A program made the translations under genes and the position numbers. DNA of 63,420 nt, filler included, from Trichomonas gallinae (taxonomy: Eukaryota), in the NCBI GenBank assembly GCA_008369845.1. It is 4 parts of 4 records of this genome, joined end to end, with 100 filler letters (N's around TTAATTAATTAA, not from the genome) between each part and the next. Parts side by side here need not be neighbours in the genome. Positions count along the whole stretch, not along the records: positions 46,752 to 60,635 come from MRSU01000992.1; positions 60,736 to 63,420 come from MRSU01001013.1; 2 more parts are not named here. One strand, written 5' to 3'. Below the pieces are notes generated by a model. That model saw only the letters and a program-made list of their open reading frames with translations, had not been told where the DNA came from and ran no database searches. Each line of letters begins with the position of its first letter. Positions within the stretch are counted from its first letter, which is position 1. Shown one piece after another: positions 52,001 through 61,882 of the stretch.

Positions 52001-54528
52001 TCGTTTATATTTTTCAAATTGTTGTTCTCTTCTTCGAGAATTTCAATTCGTCTCTTGAGTTCTTCGTTCTTTATGTTGTTGTTTTCGTCTTTAAGAACTT
52101 CGATTTGCTTCTTTAGTTCTTCATTGTTTAATTTTAAGTTTTCATTCTCTTCTTCGAGGATTTCAAGCTGTTGTGTTAGAGCTTCGATTTCACTATTATC
52201 GACTTGCTGCTGATTTTCATTCTTTAAGTTATTATTTTCTTCTTTGAGATCAGTAATTTGCTTCATCAAATCTTCACTGTTTTGACTTTCATTCTTCAAG
52301 TTGTCGTTTTCTTCCTTGAGAATTTCGATTTGTTTCTTTAATTCTTCGATTTCGTTATTTTCATCCTTTAAGTTGTTGTTTTCTTCTTTGAGATCTTCAA
52401 TTTGTTTCTTTAAATCATCTCTATTTTGATTTTCATTCTTCAAGTTATTGTTTTCGTATTTAAGAGCTTCAATTTGTGTTTGAAGTTTTTCGTTATTTTG
52501 ATTTTCATTCTTCAAATTGTCGTTTTCTTCTCTGAGAGTTTTAAGTTGTTGTTTAAAATCCTCGAATATATCGTTTTGAATAGTTTCGACATGATTCTGG
52601 AGACATTCATCCTTTTCGCTTTGCATCTTTAAGCTGTTGTTCTCTTCTTTGAGAATTTCGATTTGCTTCTTTAAATCTTCTATTTCGCTGTTTTGATTTT
52701 CGTTCTTTAAGCTGTTGTTCTCTTCTTTGAGAATTTCGATTTGTTGTTTAAGATCTTCGTCGTTTGTGTTTTGTGTTTGTGAGAGAGCGAGCTGCTGCTT
52801 GAGGTCGTCTATCTGGGAAATCAGGTTGTCTTCGTTTTGTGACTTTTCTTCGAGATTTTCTTTGAGAGCTTCAATGTCGCCTTTCATTTCATCGACAATC
52901 TTGTTTTTGTTCTCTAGATCTGATTTCAAGTCAACTGAATTCGTTTCTAGCTCATCTATACGCTTCTGCATCTCGTGTACTTTCTCGCGCAACTCGTCAT
53001 CAGAGGCATTGATTTTCTCTTTGACTGGTTTGTTTTTGAGAATTATTCCGCATAAATCGTCTTCAAACTCATTCCAGAGATTATATGACTGGCTTCTTGA
53101 CCCACCGACACCATCATAGAGAACATTGTCCCCTATTATTATCTCGCAGATGTTGGAAACTAATTCACATGGCTTTGATTTGTACATTAATAATGAGCAG
53201 AATAAAACTGCGATTAAATGTTTCACATCTGTTCTTGTTGCCTCATCTGTGAATAAAACAACAAGTTTGAAGAATAATTGCTGGCCTTGCTCATTGAAAA
53301 AGTCTGATCCTTCTGGATTATTGTTAATGTAAGCAATTGCGAACCTCATAGCAGGTGGAATAGCATTCTTAATCATAGAGAAACTATGCTCAAGCATAAA
53401 TTTCCAAGAATCTTTGATTTCTGGATTGCACAATATTGAAATCGTAGAAATATCGAACAATGCAGGTGATTGATTCTTCTGGAAGATTTGCTCAATTGAT
53501 TTTGCAGCTGCTTTTGATGAATATTCAACATTTGTGAAAAATTCAATGAAAAATTGATTGAAAAGCCCGCGAGAAGCTGTATCGGATAAGTAAATTGTGA
53601 CGAATTGTTCGATATACGGGCCAACACATTTGCAGCAATCCTCATTTTCCTTGATTAAAAGAGAAATTAAATTCAAATTTCCTGCACGTTGGTTATTAAC
53701 CGCTACATGTTTGCAGCATGTTTCGATGATCTTTGTTGTTGCTAAAGATTCTCTCAAAGAAGAAGCATTGTCTGATTGATAAATTTCTGTAAGTAAATCG
53801 TAAGCTGTGGATTGTGTAAATTCGATTAACGGTAATAAACGCTTAAGATATCCAGACTCGACAAATAATTTTTGCGAAAATTGATTACCATCAAGAATTG
53901 CATGTATTGTCTTCATAATGTTGGGTCTGTCGACTGATATCAGCGCAGATATCTTCTCCATAAGATTGAAGCATACAATCTGTTGGTAATTTTCGTTTTT
54001 GTTGACTAAAACTTGAATAAAGTTGATAAATTCTTCGATTATTTGCTCATTATCGGTATTTATATACGTAAAAAGAGTTGTCATGTCTTCTTGATTATTT
54101 GTAAGAATATTTTGGAACAATTCTGTCTGGAATTTGCATAAATTTGTTAATAATCTTATAATCGAGAGTTGTTTTTTCAAAACGCTGGTATTTCCCATCT
54201 GCACTAAGTTGTGAATTGTATTCTTTTGCTCTAAAAAAGTTTTTGCGTATAATTCATGTTTTTCTGTTTCTTCGTGAAGCAAATTTCCGATAATAATGAA
54301 CAAATTAGATATCATATCATCGTTATCAGCATATCCAGATATAATATCGACGATTGAAGGAATTGCTTTGCTTCCGATTTCATTTGGATATTTTTTGCTT
54401 AATTCTTTCAAATTTCTTAAGCAGTTTTCGACTTCTTCGCCCTTCACGAGAAGATCTACCTGATTCTCCACGAATTCTTGCTCCGTGAGCTCTGGGGTAG
54501 CGAAAAATACGCGTCTAATAAAAGCCAT
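49072..54528 (-). CDS. USO1: Uso1/p115 vesicle tether (armadillo head + long coiled coil)
   Basis: LRNLKELSKKYPNEIG, NENYQQIVCFN and LDGNQFSQKLFVESGYLKRL match p115 head motifs; ~1300-aa coiled coil follows. First ATG 54528 (MAFIRRVF). Confidence 0.8.
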   Translation of the reverse strand: MAFIRRVFFATPELTEQEFVENQVDLLVKGEEVENCLRNLKELSKKYPNEIGSKAIPSIVDIISGYADNDDMISNLFIIIGNLLHEETEKHELYAKTFLEQKNTIHNLVQMGNTSVLKKQLSIIRLLTNLCKFQTELFQNILTNNQEDMTTLFTYINTDNEQIIEEFINFIQVLVNKNENYQQIVCFNLMEKISALISVDRPNIMKTIHAILDGNQFSQKLFVESGYLKRLLPLIEFTQSTAYDLLTEIYQSDNASSLRESLATTKIIETCCKHVAVNNQRAGNLNLISLLIKENEDCCKCVGPYIEQFVTIYLSDTASRGLFNQFFIEFFTNVEYSSKAAAKSIEQIFQKNQSPALFDISTISILCNPEIKDSWKFMLEHSFSMIKNAIPPAMRFAIAYINNNPEGSDFFNEQGQQLFFKLVVLFTDEATRTDVKHLIAVLFCSLLMYKSKPCELVSNICEIIIGDNVLYDGVGGSRSQSYNLWNEFEDDLCGIILKNKPVKEKINASDDELREKVHEMQKRIDELETNSVDLKSDLENKNKIVDEMKGDIEALKENLEEKSQNEDNLISQIDDLKQQLALSQTQNTNDEDLKQQIEILKEENNSLKNENQNSEIEDLKKQIEILKEENNSLKMQSEKDECLQNHVETIQNDIFEDFKQQLKTLREENDNLKNENQNNEKLQTQIEALKYENNNLKNENQNRDDLKKQIEDLKEENNNLKDENNEIEELKKQIEILKEENDNLKNESQNSEDLMKQITDLKEENNNLKNENQQQVDNSEIEALTQQLEILEEENENLKLNNEELKKQIEVLKDENNNIKNEELKRRIEILEEENNNLKNINENNKELKQQIESNEIGELKKQIENLKEENNNLKSNNEILKEEKNNETEELEKEIENNQNEIDELKKQIEIFKEVNENNEELKKQIEQLTKQNAEIDEILKQKKLYLKENETKQTEIDELKHNMDKKDEEIKSLNDKIKEIENEKENQIKEILENSQLDSNDKIDELVKEIQSKNAQIQTLQNQNEENIKQQTEENEKILEQNQKLNEENSKLFENNKNLQKLLEENTNALEKISSDKEKLEKDNKQKINELEKLHEQLSNDIENAKTEKHDVEEKVSKLEDNNKQLKDELEKMKAEEEMCIEQLEKELKQATDKLNQSNLEVEKLNQKVSFVQKQKENTEEELIKANKRIEDLMSTLINPEEQENTINKIEAEKKKELEECKKKISELESNIHESNTEKQSLMTKLNNSETQKVELQKQIITLQSRVKSAEDEKEAQIQSNNEKLESVNSRNKELEKENKSLNIKLEKQFETMKQNQDTYEEEIESLQEEIMTQKEKIKELEEKSENHEDEIEMIKQQYEDKLKNKDDQSVKDIKEQLAKAKSDIETLKNIAKVREEKINDLIEENGDLQDEKERLAKEVAFKQKQLDIMQVNDESVKKALDEVKSSNKSNELTDLKRKLSVCEREKKDLEDQINKLRVEDSNKIASLQQNANELRAKINLQSPQREFNQMKNQVAEFKLKVEKLTNENNDLKERLRTQKSDFRKTIDEVTKHFEGEIARAKSSKPSKTSEETLNEVSDLRRKVLMFDKENQKVTTQNNELKKQLERLSNIERTERESSSKVARLTKRCNDLEEEVKLLRQRNLSSSGIEQKYLDTVTSSSKMAHEIQKLHETINDLTQKLSQAKLQHNQEKKELQTQISSLQKRLNDTSAELTTTRVEHSNLLKDSKTNIYRLSELEKSNAELRNETARSIQLSNNLSNLSIMSQNTSSIMPQNTSSILPQNTSSMSASEDSEYKKALRLIGKMWLLKNSDQDRK
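51740..52810 (-). repeat. Coding tandem repeat E(D/E)LKKQIEILKEENNNLK
   Basis: More than 10 degenerate copies within the Uso1 coiled coil. Confidence 0.8.
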
Positions 54529-54945
54529 TATAAAATTTTGAAAATAAACGGTATCTTTTGTCAATGATCATAGTTCAAAATCGGATCATATTGATTTTTT
54601 CACTTTTTGAAATAAAGCATTCAAAATTAAACTTAAGTTGTTAGTATTGGTCACTCATATAAGCTACATCAGCTTCTATAAGCGTTTTAAATTCGATTTG
54701 TAAACCTCAGAAATTCACCCCTTAATTCATTGGTTCAAATCAGGTTCGTAATGTTTAATTGTTGTTATTAGATATCTTATTTATTGCAACTTTTTGATGA
54801 ATGTATTCATATACTTCAATCAAATAAGTGAATTCATACATGAATAAAGTTAAAATGAAGTTAAAACCCAATTTGACAATGTGATTTAAAATTGTCAAAT
54901 TTAAAAGTTTATTTGTCAGATATAATGAGTTATTTGTCAAAATTA

Positions 54946-55659
54946 ATGGAGGAAGGTAATGGACAAAGAAAGATTTATAAAAATATGCAGCACGCAATTG
55001 TTGAAGCTCTACACGAGTTAGGAGGCAATTCGCAGTACGGAGATGGAAGTGTTCGTATGAAAGATTTGTATTCTTTCGTAGAAAAAGCTCCAATTGAAAT
55101 TAATGGCCAAATTGAATCAGGACCACATAGATTTTCTATATTTAACAGTGCTTTGTCAGGAAGAAGATCAGCCGCGGAATTATTCGAAAAAATCGATAAT
55201 ACAGAGCGTCAAGGTGCTTGGTGGAAATTGGCAAAGCCATACGAAGAGTGCTTGCAGATAGCTCTTGAACAAAAAGGCATTAAAAAAGCACAGAAAAGAA
55301 ATCGACCAAAAGTTGAGCCAAAACCTGCGTCAGAAATCACACACGTTAAACCACAAGTTCTATTTAAATGGAATAAATCCGAAGTTATGGATATATTCGA
55401 TCAAATTAAACAATTAACAGTAAAAACATCAACTCTGAGAGAAGAAAATCGAAAATTACGCGAAAAACTCGAAATTGCAAACGAAGAAATCGAACTTAGA
55501 ATCAATACAATACGAGAGCAAGACCCAAACTCACCAGCTCTTCGCAGATTAGATGAATATCAAAAAGCTAAGAAATACGAACAGATTCTTCGCAATCAAC
55601 TAGATACAGAACAGAAAAAGCTTTTCACTCTTAGTGATCAAGCAATGGATAATGTTTGA
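54946..55659 (+). CDS. Winged-helix (forkhead-like) protein with C-terminal coiled coil
   Basis: AIVEAL...MKDLYSFV...SIFNSALS...FEKI...GAWWKL parallels forkhead H1-H2-H3-wing. Start is ATG 54946 or 54925. Confidence 0.55.
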   Translation: MEEGNGQRKIYKNMQHAIVEALHELGGNSQYGDGSVRMKDLYSFVEKAPIEINGQIESGPHRFSIFNSALSGRRSAAELFEKIDNTERQGAWWKLAKPYEECLQIALEQKGIKKAQKRNRPKVEPKPASEITHVKPQVLFKWNKSEVMDIFDQIKQLTVKTSTLREENRKLREKLEIANEEIELRINTIREQDPNSPALRRLDEYQKAKKYEQILRNQLDTEQKKLFTLSDQAMDNV

Positions 55660-56103
55660 AAAATATCAACAATTTATTATCTCAAAACAATTGATTTCGA
55701 AGGCAGGAATATTGTTGAATACTATACTTTTTGTCACAAGACTTTTTCTTGTTTTTACATTTCATATATTATATCTACATGCCAGAATTATTATTTATCT
55801 TACTTATTAGTTAAACCGAGGTATAATTGCCTGTGAACAATTGGTAACAGATGAGTATAACTGAAAAATATATGATAAATTTCTTTTAAAGCTCTGAGTG
55901 TGCTTAAATATTTATTTTTAGATATATTAATGCTTCTGCTGCTTAATATACATATTGCAAAAAAAAAAAAACTTGTTTATAATTGCTTCTTTTCTTTTTT
56001 ACGTGGCAAATATGACATGTAACGCATTGAACAAAATTCAAAAGGTTCATAATAGGTTCGTAGTATTTTTTCCTTTTTAATAATATATCATTAAACGGTC
56101 TCA

Positions 56104-57426
56104 ATGGGAATGATAGAAAATGTTCTAGATTGGATTAATTCGAACTATAGGATTGGAATTAATCCATTGGAGCTAAGTCAAGAGCTTGTTGATGCCTGCA
56201 AAACAAGAATAAACTCGGCAGATATTAACGAAATATCACAAGCAGATAAACAGACATTTCAATTCAGCGAAACATTAAATGCTGGTGAAAATGATGATGG
56301 CCATGTATTTCAAGTCATTATAGAACAAATTATTGCAAATTCTGGAAAAAACTTTTACATTCAATCACCAAATGCACAGAAATTCGGCTGTTACTTCTTA
56401 ACTACAGAAGGTAAAATCAATGGCTGTTTTATCATCGATTTACAAATGCTTCAATTCAAAATACATAATTGTGAACCTGTTGATATCAAATCAGAAGTTG
56501 CTAATGTAAGTCCAAAAGTAGCAGTAGCCAAAAAACAAGTTCATTCTGATCCACCTAAATACGACAAAATCAAAGAAATTGTTTATCAGCCACAGCCTCT
56601 TAGTTTCCTTGGGGATATCAAAGAATCGCCAATATATGAAGAAATACGCAATCAAATTGACAAACAAATGCAAAAAATTACAAATAACAAAATCGGATTT
56701 AAACATGAATTATTGGCTCCAATGTTCTTAATCCATACTCAAGAGTCAATGAAAGACAAAGAAATTGAGTCTTCTGCCTTTGAACGCATAACATCTCAAT
56801 TCGATACATTCAAAATTTCAATTTTGAGCATCGATGCTAAAGAAGAAGTCAAAGAGAAAATTCAGGATGTGATTAAAGATATTATTGATTCAATTAAAAA
56901 AGAAAAATATTCGAATTTTACTCATGCTTTAATTTCCAGCTTTGAAGCTACAAGTGAACCCGTTTATGTTGTCATTATAGGCAACATTAAGCAACTATGT
57001 GTGCTTCCTGAAATAGAAAACATATTTACAGATGATGATTTAATTGATGTGATTCATGCGAACATCAATATATTACGCATCAACAATGGACATCCACTAA
57101 TCGATTCACTTCGAATGAACGCTGAATTAAGCAGTTTTATGGAGAGTTATGATAAATCTAGTTTTGATGTTTCCAAAGGTCTACAATGGACAAAAATTCC
57201 TGCATTTCCTAAAGCTACATGCATTATCTATCCTGTCCAAAAGAGTAATCTGTTACAAAATGCTTTCGATACTTTGTTCATAAATGATAAAAGATTATCC
57301 AGCATCAGTTCTGCTCTTCTGAAGTTAGAGTTCGGAGTTACTAGAACTTCTCTACAGGATTCTGACTATGAATTGATTTTTGTTTGTACTATTGCTTCTC
57401 AATATTTCAAACCAGTTAAAGTTTAA
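56104..57426 (+). CDS. Hypothetical protein
   Basis: 440-aa ATG ORF; TCATTA Inr-like and ACGGT motif just upstream. Confidence 0.75.
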   Translation: MGMIENVLDWINSNYRIGINPLELSQELVDACKTRINSADINEISQADKQTFQFSETLNAGENDDGHVFQVIIEQIIANSGKNFYIQSPNAQKFGCYFLTTEGKINGCFIIDLQMLQFKIHNCEPVDIKSEVANVSPKVAVAKKQVHSDPPKYDKIKEIVYQPQPLSFLGDIKESPIYEEIRNQIDKQMQKITNNKIGFKHELLAPMFLIHTQESMKDKEIESSAFERITSQFDTFKISILSIDAKEEVKEKIQDVIKDIIDSIKKEKYSNFTHALISSFEATSEPVYVVIIGNIKQLCVLPEIENIFTDDDLIDVIHANINILRINNGHPLIDSLRMNAELSSFMESYDKSSFDVSKGLQWTKIPAFPKATCIIYPVQKSNLLQNAFDTLFINDKRLSSISSALLKLEFGVTRTSLQDSDYELIFVCTIASQYFKPVKV

Positions 57427-57686
57427 TTTTTGTGCATATTCAACATATTATTATATTTAGTTAGTTTAATAAAGCATTCCTACATGGTATATATCTTTAA
57501 GATCTTATTATAATAATACAACTACAAAATGGTGCTCCAATTGATACATAATTTGGTAATGACATTAATATTCAAATATAAGCAAATAATTAATTAAGTT
57601 ATAACTTAGAAATGTCAGCATCACTGAACGAAGTTAGAGTTGCATTGTATTTATAGTATAAGTGTGAAAGAAATCTTAATAAATAA

Positions 57687-57896
57687 AACTGCTGTGTATT
57701 ATGCTTCAGAAAAAGGTCATCATGAATTTGTTTAACTCCTTCATACAGTTCCTGAAATAGATGTCAACGCAAAAGACATTAAGAGCCGAACAGCTTTGTT
57801 TTGGGCTTCAGTAAATGGTCATCATGAATTATCAAATTGATTCTCACAGTTCCTGGAATATGTGCCAACGCAAAAGACAAATACAACAATACAGCA
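57687..57896 (+). pseudogene. Ankyrin-repeat pseudogene (2+ repeats)
   Basis: KTAVYYASEKGHHEFV*LLHTVPEIDVNAKDIKSRTALFWASVNGHHE [frameshift] IKLILTVPGICANAKDKYNNTA. Confidence 0.85.
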
Positions 57897-58013
57897 TATC
57901 AAGAAATATTAATCAAACCTGTTGGCAAAAAGCTACGACTTTTCATTTGAATTTTGTCATGTAAAATATTTATATGCCAAAATGTAGATTTTGACGGTTT
58001 AGAAAAATTTGCT

Positions 58014-58676
58014 ATGAACTCTCCTCGTGTAGGACCGAAATATGTCGTTAGCACGCAGAATTTTTCGAAGGTTAATGCCCCGGTTGAAAAGAAGGAAACG
58101 AAGAAAAAGACAACACCAAAGAAAACCAACTATCTCAGGTTTAACGAATCATCAAAACAACGCAGAATGAAATTCACACCTGTTACTATCATTGATGATG
58201 TCGAACCAGAGATGAATACCGAAAAATCTGTTGAGAAATTACAAAAAATCAAAGAATTCGCTGCGAAACATATCCAACAAAAATTACGTGAGTTCATTTC
58301 AAAAACGGAAAACGTTAAACGCTTCCCGCGCATCAGTGCACATCCTAAAACAGAAAATGAAGAAGAATCAGAAGATGAGAAAAATAATGAAAATAATGTC
58401 GAAGAAGAAGTTACTGAGGAAGAAATAGAAACAGAGAATCTTTCAAAGTCTACATTATATCAGAAACCAAGACAAAAAATCATGATAGATACACACGAAA
58501 GTCCAATGAAATATAAAATATCAAAAGAAATCAAGCCAACACATACTAATAATTCCCTTAATATGTCCATCAAAGATCGTATAGAGAATAATGATGATTA
58601 TCCAGTTGTTACTGTTCCTGTTAGAGGAAGAATTTTAGATGAAACAAAATTATTATCTGGTGAATTACTGTTATAA
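58014..58676 (+). CDS. Hypothetical protein with IQ-like motif
   Basis: First ATG 58014. AAKHIQQKLREF resembles an IQ motif; acidic tract follows. Confidence 0.65.
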   Translation: MNSPRVGPKYVVSTQNFSKVNAPVEKKETKKKTTPKKTNYLRFNESSKQRRMKFTPVTIIDDVEPEMNTEKSVEKLQKIKEFAAKHIQQKLREFISKTENVKRFPRISAHPKTENEEESEDEKNNENNVEEEVTEEEIETENLSKSTLYQKPRQKIMIDTHESPMKYKISKEIKPTHTNNSLNMSIKDRIENNDDYPVVTVPVRGRILDETKLLSGELLL

Positions 58677-59201
58677 GTACCCCATATATGAAGTTTATTT
58701 TAGTTTGTAAACAATTTATTGTAATTTTTTAAAATAATACCAATTAAAAACAATCTTTGTGAGTCAATGTTTACAATTATAAGCACAATCTGTCATCAAT
58801 TACCACATTTATATGATTGATTTGAATTTAAAATGAATTTCAAAATTGAAATCCAATTCCCAAGATGCTATAATAAGACACAAATATACCTTTTATGGAT
58901 AAGAACTTTCGCAAATTAATGTTATATATACATGCATTAATTTTTCAAATTTTATTTGAGATTTAGTCTTTTAATTTTCGAGTTACAACTCTTTTTTATA
59001 GATGTGCGTGGATGTATCAAAAATTGACATTTAGCATTTAATATACGCGAAATAAAATTAATTTTCAATTCTGACTTTCTTTGCTTTGATTAATACGAAA
59101 AAGTAGATCTTGTTTCTCTAGTATGCATGTATACATTAAATTTTACAAACAATAAAAAAAATTGATTTTCATAATCTATTTTGAATAATATAAATATGAT
59201 G

Positions 59202-60191
59202 CTAAGTAATAGAACATAAATATGCTGATATTGCTAACGCAAAAGCGTAAATTGGATCAAGATTTAATTTTGATTCAATTGTTAACTCATTTTTCGATAA
59301 TTTTTTAACTATAATTATTTGATTTTCTTCATTTTTTGGTGCATAGATCGCATTTTTAACGCTTTGTGTTTGAAATTGTCTTGCTAATTTGTTTCCTAAG
59401 TAGTTTAGGCTAAACAATTTGTAAGTATCAGAATTTGATATCGAATAAAAGGTTAAGATAGAATTACGAGCAATAGAATCGTAATTTGTGAAATATCGAA
59501 TTGAAAGAAGTTCTCTTCCGATTCTAGATTTAATTCGGAGCGAAAAATCATGTTTGTCTTGGCCTACATTGATCACATAGTCTGTTGCCTTTGAACTATA
59601 GTGTGTATTTTTCAGGTCTTTAAATATTGGAATTATATCATATTTCTGTTTGTATTTAGCCGCATATACTTCTTGTCCATTGCATTTCATGACAAAATAT
59701 ATACTTTTACCGTTAATTCGCATTCTTATATCACGAGAAATAATATAGATCTTAGATTCGGTTAAAATAGATTTATCATCGATATTCTGCTGATCTTCTT
59801 CTTTAAATTCACTTGCAATTGCTGGAATATTTTGATTAATGATATATTTATCATTTTTTGTATCTTTATCTTTCTTAACAGGCTTATCTGTATGTGTTTG
59901 TACTTGTTCAACAATTTGATCTTCGTTTGAAGATGAATTTATCATTTCAAAATGAACAGGGTCGACAACTGAATGATCATTATCTTTTTCAACGACATTT
60001 CTATGTGGACTGAGATTTTCAACAGATTTGGATGCTAATCTCCTTCTTTGATCGTTTTTCTTTTTTGGAGATGTTCTAAACGACTTTGATTTGACTAAAA
60101 CATCATTATCATGACGTTTTAGAAAGATAGGCATCGGTTTTTCAATATCATTTGACTCACCTTCGCTTATATCAATCGCGAAGAGAGACAT
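59202..60191 (-). CDS. Tubby C-terminal-like domain protein
   Basis: Disordered N-terminus, then a beta-barrel-like region with SVKNAI and terminal helix PIYAFALAISAY. Confidence 0.7.
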   Translation of the reverse strand: MSLFAIDISEGESNDIEKPMPIFLKRHDNDVLVKSKSFRTSPKKKNDQRRRLASKSVENLSPHRNVVEKDNDHSVVDPVHFEMINSSSNEDQIVEQVQTHTDKPVKKDKDTKNDKYIINQNIPAIASEFKEEDQQNIDDKSILTESKIYIISRDIRMRINGKSIYFVMKCNGQEVYAAKYKQKYDIIPIFKDLKNTHYSSKATDYVINVGQDKHDFSLRIKSRIGRELLSIRYFTNYDSIARNSILTFYSISNSDTYKLFSLNYLGNKLARQFQTQSVKNAIYAPKNEENQIIIVKKLSKNELTIESKLNLDPIYAFALAISAYLCSIT

Positions 60192-60635
60192 TTTGATAAA
60201 ATGTTTTTTTTTTATCCTCCTTTTGCGTTTAAATGGTTTAGCATATATTATAAAGCATAAAATTTCAGCAAAAGCTTCCGATAGACTACTTTTTTAGAAA
60301 ATCTGACGTTGTAAAGCGTCATATGTCGAATGTCAGATGTCAAATTTATAAAAAGTGGCACGGGTGTCAGTTGCTAAATGTTGCCAAAAACTCAATATAC
60401 CAATTTCAATAGATGGGTGGTACAGTATCCATAACTATATTACAAATCTACAATAAACAGGCAAATTTTTTACGCTTAATTATTAGATTTATTTCAAAAA
60501 CTATGATGTTAGAGTAAGGTTAAAAACACGCTATTTAAAAAAATCGTGAGAATTTACATTAAGGGGGTAGGTTTGAATGGTTTACAAAATTTGAAAAAGT
60601 GCTTCATATCAGCCAGTCAGAGCGACGCCCATGGG

Positions 60636-60735
60636 NNNNNNNNNNNNNNNNNNNNNNNNNNNNNNNNNNNNNNNNNNNNTTAATTAATTAANNNNNNNNN
60701 NNNNNNNNNNNNNNNNNNNNNNNNNNNNNNNNNNN
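60636..60735. other. Assembly gap with synthetic stop linker
   Basis: 44 N + TTAATTAATTAA + 44 N. Confidence 0.97.
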
Positions 60736-61138
60736 TGAGCTCATTGAAATAAATCTGATGTTTACAACCACTATTAGGTTTTTTAGCGTACTGTTAGGTT
60801 TTCGGCGTACCTGTACTTTTTTTTAGCTTCCAATTCGTCAATCAATTACGAACCCTTCATTTAATTCTAATATATCAAAATCTCAAAATTCAAAAATCTT
60901 AATTAAGGCTTTAATAATAGTGGCAAATATCATTTTATTCGAAATTAAATATAATTTTTCTTGTTTCTACTGTATTCAGCATAGAAATTCAATATTCAAT
61001 TAAATATTTATTGTTAACATAAAAAGGCGAATAGTGGATATGGTAAACTCTACGTTTATAAGATATTTGTCATATTCTTGGTGGTTTATTTATAAAAAAA
61101 ACATTTGAACAAATAATTAGTAATATCAAATAGATTAT

Positions 61139-61810
61139 TTACAAAACAGTTATCTTAGCAATGCCATTATTGACTGTCAAATTAGAGATCAATAATATTT
61201 TTCCAGATTCGAGTTGAAGTTCGAATGTTTTATCTGAAAGATTTCCAACAACCCCAACTATAGGCGGCATTCCTGGTATCTCAATCGATACGTGTGCTTG
61301 AGACTGAATTCCTTTAGGTCTCCAATCATCAAGCTGTCTAATGGCTTCAATGTCTTCCTGTATTTCTTCATTTGTTAAAATCGGTTGCTGTGATTCTTCG
61401 GTAATAATATATTCTGTATTTTTCTTCTCTAACGAATTTTCGATACCAAGATACGAAAAATCGTAACCGTTTTCGACGAAATATTGCATAGCTTCTGGAA
61501 ATTGTGACTTTAGAAGTTGTGCTTTGAACTTTGTAAGCTCGCAAACTTTATCATGAATTTCAATCAGTTTTTGATCAAAGTTACAATCATTTAAGTATTC
61601 CTGGCCTTCTTGAAACTTATATGCGGACTTAATTTCGTTGTCTTTCCATTCCTGTAACTGTTTCATTTTTTGTTCATATACTTCATCAAGTTGTTTCATG
61701 TATTTCAAGTATGTTTTGTCTTTATATGCTTCAAGATCTACAGCTGCTGCTGCAACTCTCTCCAACTCAACTAATGCTTGTTGCACGCGCGGATTCTCAC
61801 TTTGAGACAT
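61139..61810 (-). CDS. Sds3/BRMS1-like (Sin3-HDAC complex) protein
   Basis: Coiled coil YMKQLDEVYEQKMKQLQEW..., Sin3-interaction-like LTNEEIQEDIEAI, C-terminal Tudor-like beta domain. First ATG 61810. Confidence 0.6.
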   Translation of the reverse strand: MSQSENPRVQQALVELERVAAAAVDLEAYKDKTYLKYMKQLDEVYEQKMKQLQEWKDNEIKSAYKFQEGQEYLNDCNFDQKLIEIHDKVCELTKFKAQLLKSQFPEAMQYFVENGYDFSYLGIENSLEKKNTEYIITEESQQPILTNEEIQEDIEAIRQLDDWRPKGIQSQAHVSIEIPGMPPIVGVVGNLSDKTFELQLESGKILLISNLTVNNGIAKITVL

Positions 61811-61882
61811 TGCCACTTTTTATTGGAAACGTGACAAAAGAATTTACAAACCCCAAAATAATAATTAGGGGTTGGTATTTTA

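Noticed and set aside
49556..53779. Many plus-strand S/F/L-rich ORFs (similar ones at 3202-4452, 18222-19741, 22837-24485)
   Set aside because: Antisense or off-frame shadows of coiled-coil and low-complexity genes.
60559..60635. TTAA-GGGGGTAGG next to the gap as a Kolobok-like transposon end
   Set aside because: No matching inverted terminus plus TTAA is visible after the gap, and G-tracts are common upstream motifs here.
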